Below, one piece after another: positions 10,661 through 20,032 of a DNA stretch of 61,694 nucleotides (positions within the stretch are counted from its first letter, which is position 1; each line of letters starts with the position of its first letter). A program made the translations under genes and the position numbers. Under the pieces are notes generated by a model, which saw only the letters and a list, made by a program, of their open reading frames with translations, did not search any database and had not been told where the DNA came from. The stretch is from an uncultured Saprospiraceae bacterium. Its GTDB lineage: Bacteria; Bacteroidota; Bacteroidia; Chitinophagales; Saprospiraceae. The DNA lies in assembly GCA_937921555.1 (NCBI GenBank), contig CAKZUV010000055.1:1-61694 (forward strand), given 5' to 3'.

Positions 10661-10928
10661 AAAATCGCTCAGATTAGAAAATGAATTATTCGGTGTACCG
10701 ACCACTGTTTTACCATTACTAAACACCAAATAGCGGACCTATAGTTTTTAAAGATACGGATAAAATATAAAAAATGGAGTGAAAAGACATTTTAAACAAC
10801 TCCGATATGAGCCATTGAGAGATTTTGAGAGATTTTGAATTGCAGACCGGTCACGAATGTTTGTTTTTTCAACATTCCTAAAGTTAAAATACAGATTTCG
10901 GGATCAATCAGAAAAAGTAGTTTCCTCT

Positions 10929-11414
10929 CTAACCGACCATTTCGGTGGCAAAGTCAAGAAAGAGTTTTTCCACATTTTCACCAGTTTTGGCACTGGTAAA
11001 CAAATCTATGGGTAAAGGAAGTTCTTCCACAAGTGCGTTGAGTTCCGCTTCGGTAGCCAAATCTTTTTTATTGCCAACAATTTTTATGGTCGTCAACTTG
11101 TTGATACTCTTGAGATATTCGAGATCCTGCGCCAGATTACCGTAAGTCGATGGGCGGGAAACATCAAAGACGTAAATGATACCACTCGTGCCTAAAAAGT
11201 AAGAAGTAGGTACTTTATTCTGAGCTACTTCTCCGGCGATATCCCAAATCATCATGGATAAATCACCTTTTTCGGTACTGACTGATTTTTTACCCACTTT
11301 AACGCCGATAGTTGTCAGGTATTTATCTTCAAATTTGTTATTAATAAATCTTTCGAACAAAGAAGTTTTTCCTACCCCGAAGCTACCCGTTAAAATTACT
11401 TTTTTGCTTAACAT
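10929..11414 (-). CDS. Ras/Rab-like small GTPase
   Basis: All five G boxes are present: GSFGVGKT (G1), YLTTIGV (G2), WDIAGE (G3), GNKKD (G4), SAK (G5). Length is 161 aa. Confidence 0.85.
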   Translation of the reverse strand: MLSKKVILTGSFGVGKTSLFERFINNKFEDKYLTTIGVKVGKKSVSTEKGDLSMMIWDIAGEVAQNKVPTSYFLGTSGIIYVFDVSRPSTYGNLAQDLEYLKSINKLTTIKIVGNKKDLATEAELNALVEELPLPIDLFTSAKTGENVEKLFLDFATEMVG

Positions 11415-11435
11415 GTTTATTGGCTTGTTTGTCGT

Positions 11436-12278
11436 TTATTGCTGGATATTAAAATGGCCAAAATGCGTGGACAGTGCAGCAGATATTCGATCTGTCAGCG
11501 TTGAATCAACATTTGTGGTGTCAAAGGGGATATTTTCCCCGGCAAATGTAATTAATTTATTAGATAAATTATCTTTTTCAGAAGCTGATATTGATCCGGT
11601 CATCGCGACGGCAAAATAGTAGGAAGGTAAATTGTGAAGAAAAATTTTGTAGTTTTCGTATTGAATCATTTCCAGATCCTCTTTTCCACGGTTGAAAGCA
11701 TCCTCTGCGAAGGATTTAATGGCCGTCAGCATACCCGCAATCACATCCTGATCGGGGTTTTTTTCTTTAGCAAAACTGCCTAATAACAATCCTGAGTCTC
11801 TTTGTACGAGATAGATTTCGTGAATTTCCGGATTGTCGAGCTGACTTAAAACAATATCGCTATCGGACGGTCCAAAAAAACGATTAAAAATATTTTTTGG
11901 GGAAAAGCGGTTCTGTACGGTTTTTATCTGACTGTCAATTCCTTCTTTGAGGATCTGAAACTGGGCGGTTATAAACTTTTTAATAATGGTATTAAGCTTC
12001 GGAAAAATCATGTTAACGATTTCATCCTGCGACTCAGAAAGTTTTTTAGAAACAATCTCTTCGATAATCAAACCGTATTCTTCCCGGAAATTTTCCTTTA
12101 AAAAGGCAAGGTGCTGTCGGATAATGGGGGAGACCTTTTCAGATAACTGCGCTTCGTCTTCCAGTATTTCCCGAATAGCAGCGAGGGCTTCCCGGTCTTC
12201 AGATAGCAGAATCTGCCGCAACTGTTCCATCAGTTGTGCTTCTTCTTGGGACGACGGGGAAGAGGCAGGGCGATTCAT
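11436..12278 (-). CDS. helical protein with C-terminal Roadblock/LC7 (MglB)-like segment (tentative)
   Basis: First ATG is at 12278 (listed start 12299 is TTG). The C-terminal part IHEIYLVQRDSGLLLGSFAKEKNPDQDVIAGMLTAIKSF...YKIFLHNLPSYYFAVAMTG has the beta-alpha-beta-beta pattern of Roadblock domains. It lies 22 nt upstream of the GTPase gene. Confidence 0.7.
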   Translation of the reverse strand: MNRPASSPSSQEEAQLMEQLRQILLSEDREALAAIREILEDEAQLSEKVSPIIRQHLAFLKENFREEYGLIIEEIVSKKLSESQDEIVNMIFPKLNTIIKKFITAQFQILKEGIDSQIKTVQNRFSPKNIFNRFFGPSDSDIVLSQLDNPEIHEIYLVQRDSGLLLGSFAKEKNPDQDVIAGMLTAIKSFAEDAFNRGKEDLEMIQYENYKIFLHNLPSYYFAVAMTGSISASEKDNLSNKLITFAGENIPFDTTNVDSTLTDRISAALSTHFGHFNIQQ

Positions 12279-12288
12279 AAGGTTTTTA

Positions 12289-12654
12289 TTATTCACCAAT
12301 CAGTTTCTGACTCAATTCAGCCATCATTTTACCGAGTTTTTTCTTATCCTCGTTGGTAACCTTGTCAATTTTGGTGTTGAGATTTTCAATGCTGGAAGCG
12401 ATCAGATTTTCCAGCCGGTCCATCCGGTCGGAAAAATCACGGTTGGATTGCGCTTCCCGATCTGAGATATTGGCGCTCAGATAATCAATTCTCTGGTGGA
12501 AAATCTCTTCCAGCTGATTCAGCCGTTCGTCCAGCTGATTAAATCGCTGCTCGTATTCTGAGATTTGATGTCCCATAAGAATATCCCGGATAATAGAAAT
12601 TTCGCCGCTTTGCTGGCTTTGATTTGTGTCTGACAGGTGGTTCTTTTTAGACAT
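12289..12654 (-). CDS. coiled-coil protein, first gene of the GTPase operon
   Basis: Heptad-rich sequence (EQRFNQLDERLNQLEEIFHQRIDYL...). Its stop is 10 nt before the next ATG. Confidence 0.65.
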   Translation of the reverse strand: MSKKNHLSDTNQSQQSGEISIIRDILMGHQISEYEQRFNQLDERLNQLEEIFHQRIDYLSANISDREAQSNRDFSDRMDRLENLIASSIENLNTKIDKVTNEDKKKLGKMMAELSQKLIGE

Positions 12655-12781
12655 AGTTTAAGAAGTCTTTGTTCAAAGGATTAAAAGTAAGAAAAAAATT
12701 TTAGTTTTATACCCAAATAATCGCACGCTTGAAATAATATTTTAATTTTTTTTAATATTAATTACATCTGTTTTTTAGAGA

Positions 12782-12797
12782 TTTAAACATGCTCTAA
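12782..12797 (+). repeat. copy of the 16-nt intergenic word (TTTAAACATGCTCTAA)
   Basis: One mismatch to the exact copies. Lies 27 nt upstream of the upp ATG. Confidence 0.65.
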
Positions 12798-12824
12798 ACA
12801 CATTACTATAAAAGAAAATACCCG

Positions 12825-13475
12825 ATGACGTACAACTTTGCTGACCACCATTCTATCATCAATCAATTCATTGCTGAACTCCGGGACATCGAGATTCAAA
12901 AAGACCGGATGCGTTTTCGTCGCAATATGGAACGAATCGGCGAGATCATGGCCTACGAAATCAGCAAAGGACTTGCCTACGAACAAAAAGAAGTAGAAAC
13001 GCCCATGGGAATTGCCAATTGTATGGTACCTGCTTCTGACGTGGTCGTTGCCTGCATCCTACGGGCTGCCTTACCATTTTATCAGGGTTTTATTAATACG
13101 TTTGATCGGGCAGGAAGTTCCTTTATTTCGGCTTACAGAATGCATCACAAAGACGGGACTTTCGAAATTAAACTAGAATACGTTACCTGCCCCAGTCTCG
13201 ACGGAACCACCCTCATCGTCGTGGACCCGATGCTCGCTACGGGGGCTTCGATGGACGTAGCCATCCGTTCGCTGTCAGAATACGGCACTCCCGAAGCGCT
13301 GCATATCTGTACGGCCATTGCTTCCGACTACGGCTACAATTATATAAAACGACTGTACCCGAAAGCTCATATCTGGATGGGCGCCAAAGACGAAGAGCTG
13401 ACCGCAAAATCTTACATCGTTCCCGGACTTGGAGATGCGGGTGATCTTTGTTTTGGGCCAAAACTGCAGGAATAA
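12825..13475 (+). CDS. upp: uracil phosphoribosyltransferase
   Basis: PRPP-binding loop LIVVDPMLATGASM and C-terminal YIVPGLGDAGD. Confidence 0.95.
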   Translation: MTYNFADHHSIINQFIAELRDIEIQKDRMRFRRNMERIGEIMAYEISKGLAYEQKEVETPMGIANCMVPASDVVVACILRAALPFYQGFINTFDRAGSSFISAYRMHHKDGTFEIKLEYVTCPSLDGTTLIVVDPMLATGASMDVAIRSLSEYGTPEALHICTAIASDYGYNYIKRLYPKAHIWMGAKDEELTAKSYIVPGLGDAGDLCFGPKLQE

Positions 13476-13544
13476 GCCTTATTATTAACTATCTTCACAC
13501 TTCGGTGTATTCGGAGATACCCCAATTAACTTTACCAAACAACT

Positions 13545-15059
13545 ATGGAACAACTCAGTGCCGGCCTTATTTTAGTGATCGTTGTCGGTTATTTTTTATT
13601 ATTGTTAGGAATATCTTTTTTTACGGGTAAATCTGCCAGTAATCAGGACTTTTTTATTGCGGGACGTCAGTCTCCGTGGTATTTGGTGGCTTTCGGGATG
13701 ATTGGTGCTTCTTTGTCGGGGGTAACCTTTATTTCTATTCCGGGGTGGGTCGCTGAAAGTCAGTTTTCATATATGCAAATGGTATTGGGATACCTGATCG
13801 GTTATACCGTGATTGCGACTGTACTGATGCCCATGTATTATCGCCTGCAGCTGACTTCTATTTATACCTATTTGGAACAAAGATTCGGTCCGGCTTCCTA
13901 CAAAACAGGTGCCTCTTTTTTTATCTTATCCAGGGTAATTGGTGCCTCTTTTCGACTCTATCTGGTTGCGATTGTGTTACAACGTTTTGTGATGGATACT
14001 TATGGGATTCCGTTCTGGATTACCGTATTGCTGACTATTCTGCTGATCTGGATCTATACTTTCAGAGGTGGTATAAAAACGATCGTATGGACGGATACCC
14101 TGCAAACATTTTGTATGCTGGCGGCGGTCATCCTTACGGTGATTGTGATTTCCAACCGGTTAGAATATTCATTTCCGGATTTATTGGATAGTGTTCGCAG
14201 TTCTTCTTATGCACAAATTTTCTTCTTTGAAGGAGGTTGGTCTGACTCAAAAAATTTCTTTAAACAACTATTGGCCGGCGCTTCGATTGCCATCGTAATG
14301 ACGGGGCTCGATCAGGATATGATGCAAAAGAATCTTAGCTGCCGAAATATCGGGGATGCTCAAAAAAATATGTTCTGGTTTTCCATCGTCCTGGTTTTTG
14401 CCAATTTACTTTTTCTTACCCTGGGCGCCCTGCTTTATATTTATGCTACTGAAGTTGGCATTCCGATTCCGGAAAAAATGGTAGATGGTGTCATCAAAGC
14501 AGACGGTGATCTTCTATACCCTACACTTGCCATACGTCATCTCGGACCAACCGTTGGCGTAGTGTTCATATTAGGTTTGATCGCAGCGGCTTATTCGAGT
14601 GCGGATTCCGCTCTGACGGCATTGACGACCTCTTTTTGTGTGGATATTCTGGGATTTGAAACAGATGAGATGACCGGAGAATCTGTCAAAGAAGCACAAC
14701 AACGCAAACGATTTTTAGTCCACGTAGGATTTTCAGTACTGCTCTTTTTTGTAATTCTTATTTTTTATCTGCTAAATAATGATGCCGTTATCAAACAGAT
14801 ATTTACCGTGGCCGGCTACACGTATGGTCCGTTACTAGGGCTTTATTCCTTCGGATTTTTTATTGATCGAAATGTGACCGATCGGTTGACGCCCGCGATT
14901 TGTATCGCTTCCCCGATGCTTACTTTTTTTATAAATTTATATTCGGAGCAATTATTTTTTGGTTATAAATTTGGGTTTGAATTACTGATTATTAACGGTC
15001 TGATTACCTTCATTGGCTTGTTTATATTTTCGGAAAGACAAAATCAGGTGGAAGAATAG
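13545..15059 (+). CDS. sodium:solute symporter family transporter
   Basis: About 13 hydrophobic helices. SSF-type N-terminus (DFFIAGRQSPWYLVAFGMIGASLSGVTFISIPG). Confidence 0.85.
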   Translation: MEQLSAGLILVIVVGYFLLLLGISFFTGKSASNQDFFIAGRQSPWYLVAFGMIGASLSGVTFISIPGWVAESQFSYMQMVLGYLIGYTVIATVLMPMYYRLQLTSIYTYLEQRFGPASYKTGASFFILSRVIGASFRLYLVAIVLQRFVMDTYGIPFWITVLLTILLIWIYTFRGGIKTIVWTDTLQTFCMLAAVILTVIVISNRLEYSFPDLLDSVRSSSYAQIFFFEGGWSDSKNFFKQLLAGASIAIVMTGLDQDMMQKNLSCRNIGDAQKNMFWFSIVLVFANLLFLTLGALLYIYATEVGIPIPEKMVDGVIKADGDLLYPTLAIRHLGPTVGVVFILGLIAAAYSSADSALTALTTSFCVDILGFETDEMTGESVKEAQQRKRFLVHVGFSVLLFFVILIFYLLNNDAVIKQIFTVAGYTYGPLLGLYSFGFFIDRNVTDRLTPAICIASPMLTFFINLYSEQLFFGYKFGFELLIINGLITFIGLFIFSERQNQVEE

Positions 15060-15099
15060 CGAGAAATCAGAATTGTTTAAATGACTGAATTAGTGTATA

Positions 15100-15378
15100 T
15101 TGTGTATCACTAATATTTTAGAATTAAATCTTAATAAATTGATTTACGAAAATCTAATTGATAGAATAACAATTGATCCTGAAGTTTGTCACGGTAAACC
15201 TTGTATTAGAGGATTGAGATATCCTGTTGAAACTATTTTAGAATTATTAGCTTCGGGAATGACAAACGAAGAAATTTTGGAGGATTATGAGGATTTGGAA
15301 CTTGCTGATCTTCAGGCTTCTATTCTGTTTGCAGCTAAATTAACGAAAGTTAAAAATATCAGTAAACTAGTTGCATGA
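15100..15378 (+). CDS. DUF433-domain protein (antitoxin-like)
   Basis: ITIDPEVCHGKPCIRGLRYPVETILELLASGMTNEEILEDY is the DUF433 signature. Start is uncertain (TTG at 15100 or TTG at 15139). Its stop overlaps the next ATG in ATGA. Confidence 0.8.
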   Translation: MCITNILELNLNKLIYENLIDRITIDPEVCHGKPCIRGLRYPVETILELLASGMTNEEILEDYEDLELADLQASILFAAKLTKVKNISKLVA

Positions 15379-15489
15379 GGTTTATTATAGATGCTCATTT
15401 ACCTAAAAAACTTAGATAAGATATTAGAAGAGATTTCACATAATTTCGTAGTAGAGATAACCAATAAATCGCTAATCACAATTTTATAA
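15375..15489 (+). pseudogene. decayed DUF5615-type (PIN-like) toxin partner of DUF433
   Basis: ATG at 15375 encodes MRFIIDAHLPKKLR then a stop, which is the typical DUF5615 N-terminus. A second frame gives ...ISHNFVVEITNKSLITIL then a stop at 15487-15489. The roughly 90 codons expected between the two pieces are missing. Confidence 0.5.
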
Positions 15490-15563
15490 AAAAGATAGGC
15501 TGTTTACAAAATGATTAAAGGCTGCAAGAAATAGACTCCAAAAAAGTTAGCCCTCTTTCTCAT

Positions 15564-15615
15564 GAAAATCGCCAAAACTCCCTCTAAGGTCGGGGGGGAA
15601 TTTTGGCGATTTTTT
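15564..15615. terminator. hairpin downstream of the large adhesin gene
   Basis: AAAATCGCCAAAA / TTTTGGCGATTTT 13-bp stem around a 23-nt loop, with T-runs on both strands, 18 nt from the stop at 15633. Confidence 0.6.
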
Positions 15616-15632
15616 ACTTTTTAGACAAGCTC

Positions 15633-18600
15633 TTAATACAACAACGTAATATCTCCCCGGTACAACAACACCTGTCCATCCACAAACTGCACCTGCATGA
15701 TGTATACGTACACGCCTGGATTCATTCGTTTTCCATTCAGCGTACCGTCCCATCCGCTCTGATCCAGTGGATCCGGCAGGTACGGCGTTGCAGCCGAATT
15801 ATCGGTGGAGAAAAGTACTTCGCCCCAACGGTCAAATACCCGCATGAAATTTATATTTTCCACGCCTGGTCCGATGAACGGTTTGAAAGTATCATTATTA
15901 CCATCTCCATTGGGAGAAAAAGCATTTGGAATATATACATTACGGTTTTTATCAATTTCTACCAAAATATCATCGGAACCACTACAACCATTTTCGTCAA
16001 AAATAGTCAATGAATACATTTGTGTTTCTAACGGCGCAACGGTGACGTCCAGACAAAAGGCACTGTCCATACAAACCAAATCCGTCAGCGGCTGCCAGAC
16101 AATCGAATCAACGGGCAGAATAGAACCAATAAACGGATTAATTTCCTGACTCTCTCCCAGTTGAATTTCTACATCGTCACCCAGATCAACCACAATTTCA
16201 GCAGGTTGATTAATGACAATATCCTCTTCCGCCCGGCAACCTGCCCGGTCAAAAACGGTAATCAGGGCTGATTGTCCACCTAACACCGGGATCGCCGCCT
16301 GAATGGGGCGCTTCGGTCCGTTATTTACCGAAAATTCGTAGAGCGGACCATTGCCACCAAAAGCAGTATCAATCGTTACCACGGTCTGAAACCCAAAACA
16401 CTGTGGCTCTACGATATCGGCAATATCAAATTCAATCGGATCGGGTTCTTCCAGCGTAACCAATACGTTGTCGGTACAACCTTTTGGATCGGTAGCGGTG
16501 ATCGAATAACTACCTGCTCTCAGATTGATGCCTACCGAACTGGTAGAAACATTATCCGTCCACTGATAATCGATAATACCTGCATTTCCTCCTGTCGGGA
16601 ACACCACAATAACGCCACTGCTGTCCGCAGGACAAATCACTTGCTGTAGTTGCGCGGAATCCACCATGACCTCAAAAAGATCAGGTTCACCAACGGTTAT
16701 ATTTTTGGGTTCTTCACAGAAATTAGCATCCGTAATGGTGACATCGTATTGCCCTGCGGCTAAACCGGAATTGACCGGTCCCGTTGTTCCGTCTCCCCAT
16801 AAATAGGTATAACCCGGAGTACCACCGGACGCTGCGATGGTAATCATTCCGTCACTATCACCCAGACAACTGGCATTCTCAATATCAATGTTTTCCAGCG
16901 GCAGGGTAATTTCACTCGGCGAGTCGATAAAAACGGAATCAACGATAGCACAAGTATTATCGTTGATGGAAATTACATTCCAGCCCCGGCAAAGTTGGGT
17001 AGCTCTGCTATCTACGGTATTCATATCATTTTCACCACTGGCCCACTGGTAATTATAAACAGCGGCCGTGGAAGTTCCACCAAAAGCCGTTGCAAGCGCT
17101 TCTCCATTACAATCACCGTTGAAACAATCAACGCCCATTTCTTCTGAGAAGACTACTCCAATCGGAGTTGGACAATCTAAAAAGATGGCCCGTTCAATTG
17201 TATCACATCCGTTGGCGCCCGTGATCGTTACAAAGTAAGTGGAATCACAGGGTAAGGCAAAACGGGGATTGACACTACTGCCATCATCCCAGGTAATAGA
17301 GTAGGGCATTGTAGCACCAGAAATCATTAACTGAATTTGACCATCGGAATCTCCCGGACAGGTAGGTCGGGTCACGACTTCCGTCAAAGCAATCTCATCC
17401 GGGGTAGTGAGCGTCACGGTATTTGTCGCCGTACATCCATCGTCGGCCGTTACGGTAACAATATATTCTCCGGGGCCAAGATTGCTGATGGTCGCTCCGC
17501 TTTGGCCCGTATTCCAGGCGTAGTTCTGAACAGGAGCATTTCCGGGCGTTACATTGACGGTTATCTCTCCCGTCATATCGTTGGGACATTCTACTGGCGT
17601 GACATCGAAGTTGTCAATGGTAGGCTCGTTAGGTGCCAGAATTTCAAAGCAACGGGCATCCGGACACATATTTACGTCGTTGATGGTCACACAATAAATA
17701 CCGGGTGATAAATTATCAAGGCTGGCCGTCGTACTCGCAGCGGGATCATTCCACAAGAAAGTATAAGGGCCTGTTCCTCCGGCACCACCGACGGTAATAC
17801 TTCCGTCCATTCCACCACCGATACAACTGACGTTTCTTAAAGAAAGTGAATCTACCGATACGGCACTGACAATCAGAGAAGTAGAAAATGGCCCCGCCTG
17901 ACAACCATTGGCGTCAATGACGATCGCAGAATAATTTCCTACCGCCAGATTGTCGATAATATCAGAAGACATAACGCCCGTATTCATCACACCATTACTC
18001 CAGCTGACCTCATAAGGAGGAACACCGCCAGCAATATTCAGGGTAACACTTCCGTCCATATTGGTAGCACAAGTCGGATTCATAGCGACTGGCTGTGCGC
18101 CAAAATTGGTAGCGGTCTGCTGGATGGTGATGGTCGTAGTGGTCACCAGCATATCATCATCTTCCACGGTAATTGTATAATCACCCGGAGGGAGCATCGT
18201 AATACTTTCTAAATCACCTTCACCGAGGATACTGCCGGCACCGTTGTTGGTGGGCATTCCTACTTGCTCGTAGGTATAATTATAAGGTGCCATTCCACCA
18301 ATTACAGAAAAGTTAAAACCTCCTTCGGCCATGGCCGGACTGGCGGGCGATGCACAAATAGTAGATACATCAATCATTAACGTACCATCCGAAACGATGA
18401 CAGAACCATTTTCAAAAATATATCCGACCCTGGAGTCTTGTATATTAGGATCCCCGGTAATTTCTACGTTATTATCCTCAAAGATGAGCGGAGAATTGGA
18501 ACCTAATGGTCCAATGATATCAAAACATATTTCAAAGGCGGTCTCCCCGTCCGGAATGGATAAGGTGCTAAAAGTTGGTTCAAACCAATTAAGATTTAAA

Positions 18601-19736
18601 GAGTCTGTAATCATTGATGGGGGAGGCAGTAAGAATTCACCTGAATTGATAGCACCACTCTGAATACCATTGAAAGTCATAATGGTATTATCCCAGCTGA
18701 TCGTTAACTGAATACTGCCAATATTATTAAAATCCTGAACTGTGACGGGCATACAAAAAAGAGACCCAGGAGCAGCAATGGAGTCGCCCACTGACAAAGT
18801 TACTGGTTGACAACTTCCCATATCAACGGGAAAGCTACTGGTGCATCCGTTTGGATCTGTTATCTCAATGGTATACTGACCTGGGAAGGGTACATCGAAA
18901 GTGAAGGATTCGTCGTGTGTCGTATTGGTATCATTGGCAGATTGTCCTCTGACCGAAGGATCACTGGTCAGGAATATATCAATGACATAATTGAGTGTAC
19001 CAATGATTTCAGGCAATCCACCCGTCACGGTTGCCGTTCCTGTACATCCGTTTCCACCCGCATTATTATCCAGTCCGGTTAATTGAATTTCATTCAGAAA
19101 AACAATGGAAAATGCCTCATTGACATTAGCGTTGACACAAGGTCCGGCCAGACCTCCTACACCGTCTGTTTCCCATCCGGGAGAACCCGGAATAAAGTCA
19201 TCTACCGTTATGGGGGCAAAAATCATTTCAATCGGATCTCCACCATTAAAGAAATTCTGAAAGCCGCCTTCGTTGGGTAAAAAGCCATCACCACCAGCGG
19301 TGAAGTCGTCGGAAGGAGCTACCCAAATACTATTAACTGGTGGTGGTGGATCATTAAGCCGGCAGAGTTCCAGTAATTGTATGGTATTTAAATCCGGACC
19401 AGTTACGGTAGGCTGACATCCATATAAACTATAAGCGATACCTGGAGCTGTCATCGGTTGTGGATCACCTCCAAGGTCGAAATCACCCGCGTGATTAAAA
19501 AAGATGGTATCCCCAAAACAGAGGTACATGATGTCATTGGATTGAGACCCGAGTCCCAGAGACTGAGTAAAGGTTCCCGCAGAAGGCATTTGTCCAGGGG
19601 CACAAGCCAGCGCACTGTTCAGGGTGCCGGGAGTGTGGCTGATCGGACCATCTACTCGCGGACTTTGGGGAGTTTGACCATTTGCCATCAAAGCAAAAGA
19701 TAAGCATACAAGTAAGGTGATTACACGTTGAGTCAT
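15633..19736 (-). CDS. SprB-repeat adhesin with cohesin-like module and gliding-motility-type (type-B T9SS) C-terminal domain
   Basis: Signal peptide MTQRVITLLVCLSFALMANGQ. At least six repeats of C-x-x-x-x-DG-x-I...GG..PY.Y.W (for example CLGDSDGMITIAASGGTPGYTYLWGDG). C-terminus NVYIPNAFSPNGDGNNDTFKPF...RVFDRWGEVLF...GVYVYIMQV. Confidence 0.9.
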   Translation of the reverse strand: MTQRVITLLVCLSFALMANGQTPQSPRVDGPISHTPGTLNSALACAPGQMPSAGTFTQSLGLGSQSNDIMYLCFGDTIFFNHAGDFDLGGDPQPMTAPGIAYSLYGCQPTVTGPDLNTIQLLELCRLNDPPPPVNSIWVAPSDDFTAGGDGFLPNEGGFQNFFNGGDPIEMIFAPITVDDFIPGSPGWETDGVGGLAGPCVNANVNEAFSIVFLNEIQLTGLDNNAGGNGCTGTATVTGGLPEIIGTLNYVIDIFLTSDPSVRGQSANDTNTTHDESFTFDVPFPGQYTIEITDPNGCTSSFPVDMGSCQPVTLSVGDSIAAPGSLFCMPVTVQDFNNIGSIQLTISWDNTIMTFNGIQSGAINSGEFLLPPPSMITDSLNLNWFEPTFSTLSIPDGETAFEICFDIIGPLGSNSPLIFEDNNVEITGDPNIQDSRVGYIFENGSVIVSDGTLMIDVSTICASPASPAMAEGGFNFSVIGGMAPYNYTYEQVGMPTNNGAGSILGEGDLESITMLPPGDYTITVEDDDMLVTTTTITIQQTATNFGAQPVAMNPTCATNMDGSVTLNIAGGVPPYEVSWSNGVMNTGVMSSDIIDNLAVGNYSAIVIDANGCQAGPFSTSLIVSAVSVDSLSLRNVSCIGGGMDGSITVGGAGGTGPYTFLWNDPAASTTASLDNLSPGIYCVTINDVNMCPDARCFEILAPNEPTIDNFDVTPVECPNDMTGEITVNVTPGNAPVQNYAWNTGQSGATISNLGPGEYIVTVTADDGCTATNTVTLTTPDEIALTEVVTRPTCPGDSDGQIQLMISGATMPYSITWDDGSSVNPRFALPCDSTYFVTITGANGCDTIERAIFLDCPTPIGVVFSEEMGVDCFNGDCNGEALATAFGGTSTAAVYNYQWASGENDMNTVDSRATQLCRGWNVISINDNTCAIVDSVFIDSPSEITLPLENIDIENASCLGDSDGMITIAASGGTPGYTYLWGDGTTGPVNSGLAAGQYDVTITDANFCEEPKNITVGEPDLFEVMVDSAQLQQVICPADSSGVIVVFPTGGNAGIIDYQWTDNVSTSSVGINLRAGSYSITATDPKGCTDNVLVTLEEPDPIEFDIADIVEPQCFGFQTVVTIDTAFGGNGPLYEFSVNNGPKRPIQAAIPVLGGQSALITVFDRAGCRAEEDIVINQPAEIVVDLGDDVEIQLGESQEINPFIGSILPVDSIVWQPLTDLVCMDSAFCLDVTVAPLETQMYSLTIFDENGCSGSDDILVEIDKNRNVYIPNAFSPNGDGNNDTFKPFIGPGVENINFMRVFDRWGEVLFSTDNSAATPYLPDPLDQSGWDGTLNGKRMNPGVYVYIMQVQFVDGQVLLYRGDITLLY

Positions 19737-19807
19737 ATTCGTTGTAATTTGATTGAGGTATTGTATTCAAAAAAATGAATCAAATACACATAAGTTTAAT
19801 GCGGGTG

Positions 19808-19815
19808 CAAAAATA
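19808..19815 (-). promoter_or_regulatory. candidate -7 promoter box (TATTTTTG on minus strand)
   Basis: Plus strand reads CAAAAATA, about 72 nt upstream of the ATG at 19736. Confidence 0.35.
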
Positions 19816-20032
19816 CAATAAGGGCACTGAAATATTATATTTCAATCCCATAATTAACGCGGGTTACTTGTGTTTTCTTGGTTAGCAATTTGATTTGAAT
19901 TTAATCAAAGCTAAAGTGTAGGAAAGGAGTATTTAAATCAGTTCCAGGAATACACGTAACAAAGACGCAAAAACCATGCAGTTTAGTGCGTAAAATTACC
20001 TGAATTTTACCATTATTCATGGAATATGGCTT

